64,000 nucleotides of DNA from Candidatus Rariloculaceae bacterium (GTDB lineage: Bacteria > Pseudomonadota > Gammaproteobacteria > Steroidobacterales > Rariloculaceae): contig OZ250159.1 in assembly GCA_965237785.1 (NCBI GenBank), forward strand, positions 117,791 through 181,790, read 5' to 3'. Shown one piece after another: positions 48,701 to 55,703 of this stretch. How positions within the stretch are numbered: the first letter of the stretch is position 1; every line of letters begins with the position of its first letter. The translations under genes and the position numbers were made by a program. Under the pieces are notes generated by a model. The model was not told the DNA's origin. It worked only from the letters and a program-made list of their open reading frames with translations, and did no database searches.

Positions 48701-49171
48701 CGCCTGCTCGATGCGTCGGACCCGATGCCCAACCTCGCCGGGAGCTTGGCGGATGGATTGCGGGCCGCGCTGGCACAATCGCAAGATCGTTACGACGAAA
48801 CCTATGACGAGGAGCGGAAACGCCTGGAAGCCACCGGGAGCTGGCAGCAGATCAAGTCGGAGGACCGTGAAGAAATACTTGCCCGGTTTCGTATTGAGAA
48901 GGTATCCAAGGGTGCAACCGGTACCGAAAGAGAAGTGCTGGAATCCCTGGAGCGCATATCTCTTGACGGCTGGCGAACGCGCACTGCGGCTCTCACCCAG
49001 TTGTTCGCGAATGGCCGGGCCGAAGCGGACCGGCTTGTCGAGCCGGAGATACGTCACATGAAGCTGGGGAGCGCTACGCTCCGTACCCCGGAGGACGTCA
49101 AAGCTTGGGTTGAAGAAACGAAGCGGGACCTGCTGAATCAGGTCGAGCAAGGCCCTATCGTAATCGGCTAA
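45725..49171 (+). CDS. brxC: BREX ATPase BrxC/PglY (DUF499-type P-loop protein)
   Basis: ORF 45668..49171 trimmed to MKNREVYQRNP (ATG 45725, ATGA overlap). Has Walker A GFFGSGKSHLAKML and Walker B VVILDEVQQY. About 1150 aa, as expected for BrxC. Confidence 0.85.
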   Translation: MKNREVYQRNPDEIILLNNGVAVMTDAETGDDRRTLRFELEHFVCEGQYRSGLVRILNAYVSHQGQPEQPAAWISGFFGSGKSHLAKMLRFLWTDYTFPEDGASARGLARLPDEVLDLLKEVSTLGRRGHGLHAASGTLGSGPGGSVRLALLGIVFKSRGLPEGLPQARFCLWLERNGIYDQVRTAVEAQGREFRRELNDLYVSPHIANALLAEDANFATSARDARAVLRAQFPKPKDITTDEFVDVLRDTLAPEGEMPCTVVILDEVQQYIGEDTARSLAVQEVVEACSKRFGDRLLLLGTGQTALSGTPVLQRLQGRFTVNVELSDHDVETVTRRVVLAKRADRLSDIQAMLEANAGEIDRHLVGAKIAPRSEDRSILPDDYPLLPVRRRFWEHVLRAVDRAGTAGQLRTQLRIVYDAIRHTAGRSLGTVVPTDFLFDEISANMLNSGVLLRELHETIVKQGSDGTADGRLKSRLCALVFLIRKLPREAGADIGVRATMEVLADLLVEDLTKDGAALRARLPALLDELVDAGTLMKLDREYSLQTRESSDWEAEFRNRRNRIANDPTNMSGKRAQLLGAAVQEAVGSTKLLHGSSKEPRKLSLHFSAEPPREGGPEVPVWIRDGWGAVESSVIADARAAGPDSPVINVFVPKSRADGLARLIASRSAANDTLEYKGVPSTPEGVEARQGMETRLADAANQLRALVAEIIGGAKVIQGGGNERHELTLADRVREAAGASLARLYYEFNDADDHRWPKAIARARAGDEHPLAVLNYSGKTEEHPVCAAVLSFVGSGKKGRDVRAHFSGPPFGWPRDAIDAALIGLFGAGHLRATANGVVLRPPGLDQAKVPSADFRVESATVDTRQRLKLRKLFQDAGIDCKPNEESAAAGQLLEKLSRLAEDAGGDAPLPERPDTLHLSDLQSLAGNEQLLAILGRADELEKNLDDWRKAGKLAGERVPAFKRLQALARHADGLDAAKDAKSQIGAIVSGRRLLDASDPMPNLAGSLADGLRAALAQSQDRYDETYDEERKRLEATGSWQQIKSEDREEILARFRIEKVSKGATGTEREVLESLERISLDGWRTRTAALTQLFANGRAEADRLVEPEIRHMKLGSATLRTPEDVKAWVEETKRDLLNQVEQGPIVIG

Positions 49172-49183
49172 CGGAGGCACGCG

Positions 49184-50353
49184 ATGTTACTGCACCGAAT
49201 CAGACTGAAGAACGTGCTCTCGTTCGGCCCCGATGGTCAGGACCTGGAACTCAAGCCGCTGAACGTGCTGATCGGCCCGAACGGTTCCGGCAAGTCGAAT
49301 CTAATCGAGGCGATTGGATTGTTGCGGTCTGCTCCAACGGATTTGCAGAAGCCGATTCGCGAGGGCGGCGGCACCGGCAACTGGATATGGAAGGGTGAGC
49401 CAAAGGAAACCTTCGCCGAGTTGGAAGTCGTCGTTCCGTATGGTGGTAACAGGTTGCTTCGCTACAGACTGACATTCTATGAAGAAGATCAACGGTTCCG
49501 GTTGCACGGAGAGCGTTTGTGTGCCGAAGGCGATGACCGTGATCCGGATCCAATTCCTTACTTCGACGCTGGTGCAAACAACGTCCATCTGCTTTACGAG
49601 GACTCGCGCCGGGAAACTGGTCGAACCATAGTCAAAGTTAAGCCCGGAAGTTCCAATCAGTCTGTTTTCGCCAGAATCAAAGGCCCCACGTACCCTGAAC
49701 TTACGCACACAGGGGAGCAATTCCAGCGCATTCGTCTCTTCCGAGAGCCGTTTTTCGGTAGGCGCACACCGCTACGGTGGCCCCAAAAAACCGACGATCC
49801 CAACGACTTCCTCATAGAAGATGGGAAGAACCTCGGTTTGATGCTGAACCGTTTGAAGCGAGAGCCAAAGGCCAAGACTCAACTTTTGAGCGAATTGCAG
49901 AAGCTCTACGAAGGTATCGTGGACTTCGATGTGAGCATTGAGGGTGGCTCAGTCCAGGTATTTCTGCAGGAAGGCAACATTACCGTGCCCGCAACTCGTC
50001 TGTCGGACGGCACGCTCCGCTACCTTTGCTTGCTCGCCATTCTCTACCATCCAACACCTCCGCCACTCGTTTGTATCGAGGAACCGGAGTTGGGTCTACA
50101 TCCGGACATTCTTCCGGGTTTGGCGGAGTTATTGCGAGACGCCTCCGAACGCTGTCAATTGATCGTCACAACCCATTCGGACGTACTGGTGGATAAGCTC
50201 ACCGATACACCCGAAAGTGTCGTCATCTGCGAGAAGCACGGCGGGCAAACTCAACTGCAACGCTTGGACAAGGATGAACTCACCCATTGGCTTGAGCGAT
50301 ACAGCCTCGGGGTCCTGTGGACGAAAGGCGAATTGGGAGGGAACCGCTGGTGA
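49184..50353 (+). CDS. ABC/SMC-type ATPase (AAA_21-like), non-canonical insert in the BREX locus
   Basis: 389-aa ORF with GGAGG upstream. Has Walker A GPNGSGKSNLIEAI, a signature-like LSDGTLRYLCLL, Walker B LVCIEEPELGLHP and H-loop IVTTHSD. Confidence 0.8.
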   Translation: MLLHRIRLKNVLSFGPDGQDLELKPLNVLIGPNGSGKSNLIEAIGLLRSAPTDLQKPIREGGGTGNWIWKGEPKETFAELEVVVPYGGNRLLRYRLTFYEEDQRFRLHGERLCAEGDDRDPDPIPYFDAGANNVHLLYEDSRRETGRTIVKVKPGSSNQSVFARIKGPTYPELTHTGEQFQRIRLFREPFFGRRTPLRWPQKTDDPNDFLIEDGKNLGLMLNRLKREPKAKTQLLSELQKLYEGIVDFDVSIEGGSVQVFLQEGNITVPATRLSDGTLRYLCLLAILYHPTPPPLVCIEEPELGLHPDILPGLAELLRDASERCQLIVTTHSDVLVDKLTDTPESVVICEKHGGQTQLQRLDKDELTHWLERYSLGVLWTKGELGGNRW

Positions 50354-50958
50354 GCTCGATTGTATATGTGGAAGGTGGCGGAGATACCAAAGCGTTGAGA
50401 ACAGAATGCCGAAAGGGCTTTGGTGAATTCTTCGACAAGGCAGGACTGAAGGGCCGCATGCCAAGAATCTCGGCTTGCGGCAGCCGACAGCAAGCATATG
50501 ATGATTTTCGCCACGCTTTAGACAAACCAGGGAATGACCGTTTTGCGGTGTTGCTGGTCGACAGCGAAGGGCCGGTCGCAAAGGTGTCCGACGCATGGTC
50601 ACACTTGAAGACTCGCGACAACTGGAATCGTCCGGATATGGCCACGCATGACGGCGCCCATCTGATGGTTCAATGCATGGAGGCATGGTTTTTGGCCGAT
50701 CAGGCCACGCTGGCGGAGTTTTTCGGAGTTGGATTCAACCGAAACGCCCTCCCGGCCCGCCCGGATGTCGAGAACATTCAGAAAGCTGATATTGGGCAGG
50801 GATTGAACAGAGCCACGCGCCGGTGCGCGTCAAAAGGCGCGTACCGCAAAGGACGACACTCGTTCGCGATTTTAGCGAAGTTAAACCCTGAGAAGGTGGT
50901 TGCTGCCTCGCCGCATGCAAAGCGGTTGGTAGACACTCTCTTGGCCAAGGCGTCGTAA
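50350..50958 (+). CDS. DUF4276 family protein (partner of the preceding ATPase)
   Basis: GTG 50350 overlaps the ATPase stop (GTGA), with GGGAGGG 8 nt upstream; the alternative GTG at 50317 is the track start. VSSIVYVEGGGDTKALRTECRKGF...AVLLVDSEGP...MVQCMEAWFLAD matches my recollection of DUF4276. Confidence 0.65.
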   Translation: MSSIVYVEGGGDTKALRTECRKGFGEFFDKAGLKGRMPRISACGSRQQAYDDFRHALDKPGNDRFAVLLVDSEGPVAKVSDAWSHLKTRDNWNRPDMATHDGAHLMVQCMEAWFLADQATLAEFFGVGFNRNALPARPDVENIQKADIGQGLNRATRRCASKGAYRKGRHSFAILAKLNPEKVVAASPHAKRLVDTLLAKAS

Positions 50959-51031
50959 CGGCAGGCGGAAACGTGAAAGAGGAATCTCTAAGTATTCCAT
51001 TCATTGAAAAATATGCGATCAAGAGAGCAAC

Positions 51032-51244
51032 ATGGCCAGACAACTGACAGCGATCATCGAACGTGAGGACGAGGGTCATGTCTCCCGCGGTCCAGAGATG
51101 GACACTGCGATCACAGTACCGGAAACACTCGCCATCCATTGCCGCGAACCCTACGAACATATGAACTTCGATAAGTACACGCCGCGCCGCCGACCGCGCG
51201 CTCACACGCGCCAAGTCGGCGACCGGTGTGCCCCACGTTACTGA
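51032..51244 (+). pseudogene. chimeric remnant: HicB-antitoxin-like N-terminus fused to a diverged copy of the pglX 5' region
   Basis: 70-aa ORF. MARQLTAIIEREDEGHVSRGPEMD resembles a HicB N-terminus (..AIIEREDDGYVA.CPELD..). ETLAIHCREPYEHMNFDKYTPRRRPRAHTRQVGDR parallels pglX residues EALAVHRREPYEHMSGKQRLQRRRLRARGRQLGDR (52.3-52.44 kb). Confidence 0.5.
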
Positions 51245-51253
51245 GACCCAAAT

Positions 51254-52261
51254 ATGGCATTCAAAAGAACGGAAAATACCTTTGATACTGTCCTCGATTG
51301 GGCCGGTTTCATCGCCATAAGTGTGATCGCGACGGCTGTACTCAGCGCGGTAATCCACCATTTTCTTCATGTCGAGTTTCCGGATGCCACAATCAGGGTG
51401 TTGATATTTAGTGTCGTAGCGGCTCTCATCGCCGTGCTAATTTCGGCTCACTTCATCGCCGTTTTTACGCGAGATTTATCAGTCAATGGTTCTAGTAAAT
51501 CCAGTCAAAATAACGAGTCGTTTCCGCCTCGGTTAAAAACGGTCTTCGTTTATGGGTATATCCTTATGTTGGCGGCCTTGGGTTTGTGCGCAGCGCCATT
51601 TGTTGTTCCTATTGACGCGGTTGACCATTCTTCTAAAGAAACGTTCGCCGTCGGCATTGTTGCTGGCTGTCGTTCCGATGACTGCGCTGAGACTGTCAAT
51701 GAACCGCAATGGTTCCTCCACATTGGAAGTAGCATCTCGACGCTTGCGATAGACGGTCAGCCCGCGAGCAACGAACTCAAGGGCGGGCTTGTAGTTCCCC
51801 TCTACATTGTATTACTCGCCTTGATGGGCGGTTCGGTGAGCATGATACGGCGAGTACCGGAATATCAAAAACAAGCAGCAGGCCAGAGTAGCGATAAGAA
51901 CCCTGACAAGGTGTCATCCATCACGCCGATCCGTGCTCGGGAATTGGTCGTTTTCCAGATAATGCAGGTCTTTACAGCTCCATTGATTGCTGTTACTGCC
52001 TTTGCGGTATTCGATCCCGACACCGTCACATCGGGAGCGTTGCTTGGATTCCTGTCAGGTTTTACATCTGAGACGATTCTCTTACGTTTGCGCGTTGCGA
52101 CAGACGCACTCTCGGGACGAACAAACAAGGTTCCAACCAAAGATGCCACCTCGCCCGCGTCCTCGGCCCCGCCCAGCGCTGCGTCGGGACGGAAGGATAC
52201 AGATTTAAATGCAGGGGCTCAGCAGGCACAGGACGGGGCGAATGCGAACCCTGGAGGCTGA
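51254..52261 (+). CDS. predicted ~6-TM membrane protein of unknown function, low-GC insert immediately upstream of and overlapping pglX
   Basis: 335-aa ORF with hydrophobic helices (FIAISVIATAVLSAVIHHFL, VLIFSVVAALIAVLISAHFIAVF, YGYILMLAALGLCAAPFVV, LVVPLYIVLLALMGGSVSMI, FQIMQVFTAPLIAVTAFAVF, LLGFLSGFTSETILL). It has an Ala/Ser/Pro-rich tail. Hand counts of two 60-nt lines (51241, 51481) give 40% GC. Confidence 0.6.
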   Translation: MAFKRTENTFDTVLDWAGFIAISVIATAVLSAVIHHFLHVEFPDATIRVLIFSVVAALIAVLISAHFIAVFTRDLSVNGSSKSSQNNESFPPRLKTVFVYGYILMLAALGLCAAPFVVPIDAVDHSSKETFAVGIVAGCRSDDCAETVNEPQWFLHIGSSISTLAIDGQPASNELKGGLVVPLYIVLLALMGGSVSMIRRVPEYQKQAAGQSSDKNPDKVSSITPIRARELVVFQIMQVFTAPLIAVTAFAVFDPDTVTSGALLGFLSGFTSETILLRLRVATDALSGRTNKVPTKDATSPASSAPPSAASGRKDTDLNAGAQQAQDGANANPGG

Positions 52262-55200
52262 ATATAGGAAACAACTTGAGCGAGTTGTCTCAGAGGCCCG
52301 TGACGTAGCGGAGTCTGGGGCTCGCACGGCGCTGGAGGCACTCGCCGTGCATCGGCGCGAGCCCTACGAGCATATGAGTGGGAAACAGCGGTTGCAGCGT
52401 CGGCGGCTGCGCGCCCGCGGCCGGCAACTCGGCGACCGGCGCGATGCACGCTCCGGAACTCAAGTCATCGGCCGCTTGGCGCACGAATGCGCCTACGAGC
52501 GCTGGCACGGTATGCTGTTTGCCCGTTTCCTCGCTGAGAACCGTCTGCTCATCGAACCGGAGTTTAGCGTCGCCGTCACGCTGGCGGAATGTGAGGAACT
52601 GGCGAAAGAAGGGGGCATTGACAAGTGGGCGATGGCCGCGCGCTTTGCTCATCGGATGCTGCCCCAGGTGTTCCGTCCCGATCATCGGGCTTTCGAGGTT
52701 CCGTTTGCGCGAGAACACCGGCTGAAGCTGGAGGAGTTGGTCGAAAGTCTGCCGGCTGGCGTGTTCACGGCGACGGATTCTCTCGGCTGGGTCTACCAGT
52801 TCTGGCAGTCCAGAAAGAAGGCCGAGGTGAACCGTTCCGAGGTCAAGATCGGGGCGGACGAGTTGCCGGCGGTGACGCAGTTGTTCACGGAGCCCTACAT
52901 GGTGAGCTTCCTGCTCGACAACGCCCTTGGAGCTTGGTGGGCGGCGCGCCGTCTGAGCGACACTGAACTGAATGCCGCCACCGGCGAAGCGGAGCTACGG
53001 CGTAAAGCAGCGATTCCCGGTTTGCCACTCGATTACTTGCGCTTCGTACAATGCGAAGATACTGCGGAGCGGGCCGAATGGCGCCCCGCGGCCGGCACCT
53101 TCGACGGTTGGCCGGATGATTTGGGGGAGCTGAGAGTCCTCGATCCCTGCTGCGGCTCCGGGCATTTCCTGGTAGCGGCCTTCTCGATGCTCGTGCCCAT
53201 GCGCATGGCGCGGGAGGGGCTCGCCGCCCGCGACGCCGTCGATGCGGTCTTGTGGGAGAATCTGCATGGACTGGAGTTGGACCCGCGCTGCGTGGAACTT
53301 GCGGCGTTCGCGCTTGCGCTTGCCGCCTGGACGTATCCCGGCGCGGGCGGGTATCGGTCCCTGCCGGAGTTAAACATCGCCTGCTCGGGGCTCTCGGTCG
53401 GGACCGCAAAGGAGCGCTGGACCGAACTGGCGGAGGGCAGGCACAACCTGCGGATCGCATTGGACTGGATGCATGTCGCGTTCAGGGATGCGCCGGTACT
53501 GGGTAGTCTGCTGGACCCTGCCGCAACGGAAGCTGCCAAGCTGATGGACTGGCGAGACTTGTCGGCTGCCTTGGCGGAGGCTCTCGCGCGGGAGGAGTCC
53601 GACGAACGGCGCGAGACCGCGGTTGCGGCCCGGGGACTCGCCAGAGCCGCCGAGTTGCTGTCCGGGCGGTATCACTGGGTGATCACCAACGTGCCGTATC
53701 TCGCCCGCGGCAAGCAGGGCAAGACGCTGCGCCGCTTCTGCGAACAGCGTTACTCCGCCGCAAAAAACGATCTGGCCACGGTGTTTTTGGAGCGCTGCCT
53801 GGAACTGTGCATGGAGGGCGGAACCGCCAGCCTCGTGCTCCCGCAGAACTGGCTGTTTCTCACCAGCTACCGAACACTCCGGGAAAAGCTGCTAAAGACG
53901 GAGACTTGGCATTTGCTCGCTCGACTTGGTCCGAAAGCCTTTCGAACGCCCATGTGGGACTTCAATGTTCAGTTGCTCACCCTAAGCCACGATAACCGTG
54001 CCAGGCGCGCAGGTGGATTGTTCGGCGAAGAAGAGTCTCTCGGCACGATGTGCGGTCTGGATGTTTCCGAATCCCGCACCGCTAGTGGCAAAGCCATTCA
54101 GTTGGCAGATACGGCAATCCAAAGCGTTGAGCAGGCTCGACAGTTGGAGAACCCGGATGCGCGGGTGTCGCTGGACGACATCTCTAGTCAAGGGAGGCTG
54201 GATCGCTATTGCATAAGCATCGAAGGCCTGACGACGGGGGATTTGGGGAGATTTGTCGGCAAGTTCTGGGAGGGAACGCTTTTAGACGGTTGGGACCCAT
54301 ATATTCAGAACGTAGATTCCACAACACATTTCGGCGGTCGTACTGACCGAATCTTCTGGGAAAATGGAAACGGTGTGCTATCTCGGTTTCCAACTGCACA
54401 TAATTTCCCCAGCGAAATCATGAACGGTAAAAGAGTTTTGGGGAAGACTGGGCTCCGTGTAACTCAAATGGGGGCACTCCCGGTAACAACCTACAAGGGT
54501 GAAGTATTTGGCAAGAACGGGGCGACGGTTGTACCAAATGACCCGGAGCATCTCCCCGCTATCTGGTGCTTTTGCTCATCTCCAGAATACAGCGAGGCGG
54601 TGAGGTGTATCGACCAGGCGCTCAAAGTCACCAACGCAACCCTGGCTAAGGTTCCCTTCGATTTTGACCGTTGGGCCAAGGTTGCCAACGAACGATACCC
54701 GAGCGGTTTTCCTCTCCCATACGCCGATGATCCCACCCAATGGATATTCCACGGTCATCCGTGCGGATCGGTCGTTTGGGATGAGACGGAGAAACGAACT
54801 GCCCATGGTCCAGTTCGCACCGACGTTACTGTATTGCAGACCGCCGTCGCCCGCTTGCTCGGATACCGCTGGCCCGCAGAACAGGATGCCGACATTGAAT
54901 TGGCCGACGAGCAGCGTGCGTGGGTACAGCGCTGCAATGTACTCCTCGCCCACGCAGACGAGGACGGCATAGTCTGCATCCCATCGGTGCGCGGCGAACC
55001 GTCGGCTAGCGAGCGCGTGTTAGACTTTCTGAGGGCTGCCTTTGATGATGGTTGGGATAACGACGTCCTCAATACGCTGCTCGCCAAGACAGGAAGCTCT
55101 ACCCTCGATGATTGGTTACGGAATCGTTTCTTTGGCGAGCACTGCAAGACGTTTCACCACCGTCCGTTCGTCTGGCACGTCTGGGACGGTCGCCGAAATG

Positions 55201-55703
55201 ACGGCTTCCACGCGCTTATCAACTATCACAAGCTGGCGGCGGGTGACGGCAGGGGCCGCCGACTCCTGGAATCCCTGACCTATAGCTATCTCGGTGACTG
55301 GATCGCCCGCCAACAAGACGGCGTGAAGCGCGGCGAAGGCGGCGCCGAGGACCGGCTGGCCGCGGCACTGGAACTACAGAAACGCCTGGTTGCCATCATT
55401 GCGGGCGAGCCGCCCTTCGATATCTTCGTCCGCTGGAAACCTATCGAAGATCAGCCTATCGGATGGGAACCGGACATCAACGACGGAGTGCGCCTCAACA
55501 TCCGCCCGTTCATGGCCGACGATATCCCCGGCGGCAAGAAGGGAGCCGGCATCCTCCGTGCGAAACCGAACATTCACTGGCGGAAGGATCGTGGCAAGGA
55601 GCCGTTCCGAGAACAGGAGCAGTTCCCGTGGTTCTGGCACAATGGCGAATTCACCGGCGAGCGAGTAAACGATGTGCACCTGACAGTCATGGAGCGCTCG
55701 TGA
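52242..55703 (+). CDS. pglX: BREX adenine-specific DNA methyltransferase PglX
   Basis: ORF 52209..55703, with start at 52209 or 52242. Has ERWHGMLFARFLAENRLLIEP and the SAM motif VLDPCCGSGHFLV. The catalytic motif is VITNVPYL (an NPPY variant). About 1150 aa, downstream of brxABC. Confidence 0.85.
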   Translation: MRTLEAEYRKQLERVVSEARDVAESGARTALEALAVHRREPYEHMSGKQRLQRRRLRARGRQLGDRRDARSGTQVIGRLAHECAYERWHGMLFARFLAENRLLIEPEFSVAVTLAECEELAKEGGIDKWAMAARFAHRMLPQVFRPDHRAFEVPFAREHRLKLEELVESLPAGVFTATDSLGWVYQFWQSRKKAEVNRSEVKIGADELPAVTQLFTEPYMVSFLLDNALGAWWAARRLSDTELNAATGEAELRRKAAIPGLPLDYLRFVQCEDTAERAEWRPAAGTFDGWPDDLGELRVLDPCCGSGHFLVAAFSMLVPMRMAREGLAARDAVDAVLWENLHGLELDPRCVELAAFALALAAWTYPGAGGYRSLPELNIACSGLSVGTAKERWTELAEGRHNLRIALDWMHVAFRDAPVLGSLLDPAATEAAKLMDWRDLSAALAEALAREESDERRETAVAARGLARAAELLSGRYHWVITNVPYLARGKQGKTLRRFCEQRYSAAKNDLATVFLERCLELCMEGGTASLVLPQNWLFLTSYRTLREKLLKTETWHLLARLGPKAFRTPMWDFNVQLLTLSHDNRARRAGGLFGEEESLGTMCGLDVSESRTASGKAIQLADTAIQSVEQARQLENPDARVSLDDISSQGRLDRYCISIEGLTTGDLGRFVGKFWEGTLLDGWDPYIQNVDSTTHFGGRTDRIFWENGNGVLSRFPTAHNFPSEIMNGKRVLGKTGLRVTQMGALPVTTYKGEVFGKNGATVVPNDPEHLPAIWCFCSSPEYSEAVRCIDQALKVTNATLAKVPFDFDRWAKVANERYPSGFPLPYADDPTQWIFHGHPCGSVVWDETEKRTAHGPVRTDVTVLQTAVARLLGYRWPAEQDADIELADEQRAWVQRCNVLLAHADEDGIVCIPSVRGEPSASERVLDFLRAAFDDGWDNDVLNTLLAKTGSSTLDDWLRNRFFGEHCKTFHHRPFVWHVWDGRRNDGFHALINYHKLAAGDGRGRRLLESLTYSYLGDWIARQQDGVKRGEGGAEDRLAAALELQKRLVAIIAGEPPFDIFVRWKPIEDQPIGWEPDINDGVRLNIRPFMADDIPGGKKGAGILRAKPNIHWRKDRGKEPFREQEQFPWFWHNGEFTGERVNDVHLTVMERS

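Noticed and set aside
50959-51031. Possible hicA toxin remnant just upstream of the HicB-like fragment (frame reads GRRKRERGISKYSIH*)
   Set aside because: Only about 15 codons are available, and the similarity to a HicA C-terminus rests on about 3 residues. That is too little to support a call.
51550-51752. Small ORFs (61-66 aa) inside and antisense to the membrane-protein gene
   Set aside because: They overlap a longer ORF with coherent TM-helix periodicity, and nothing independently supports them.
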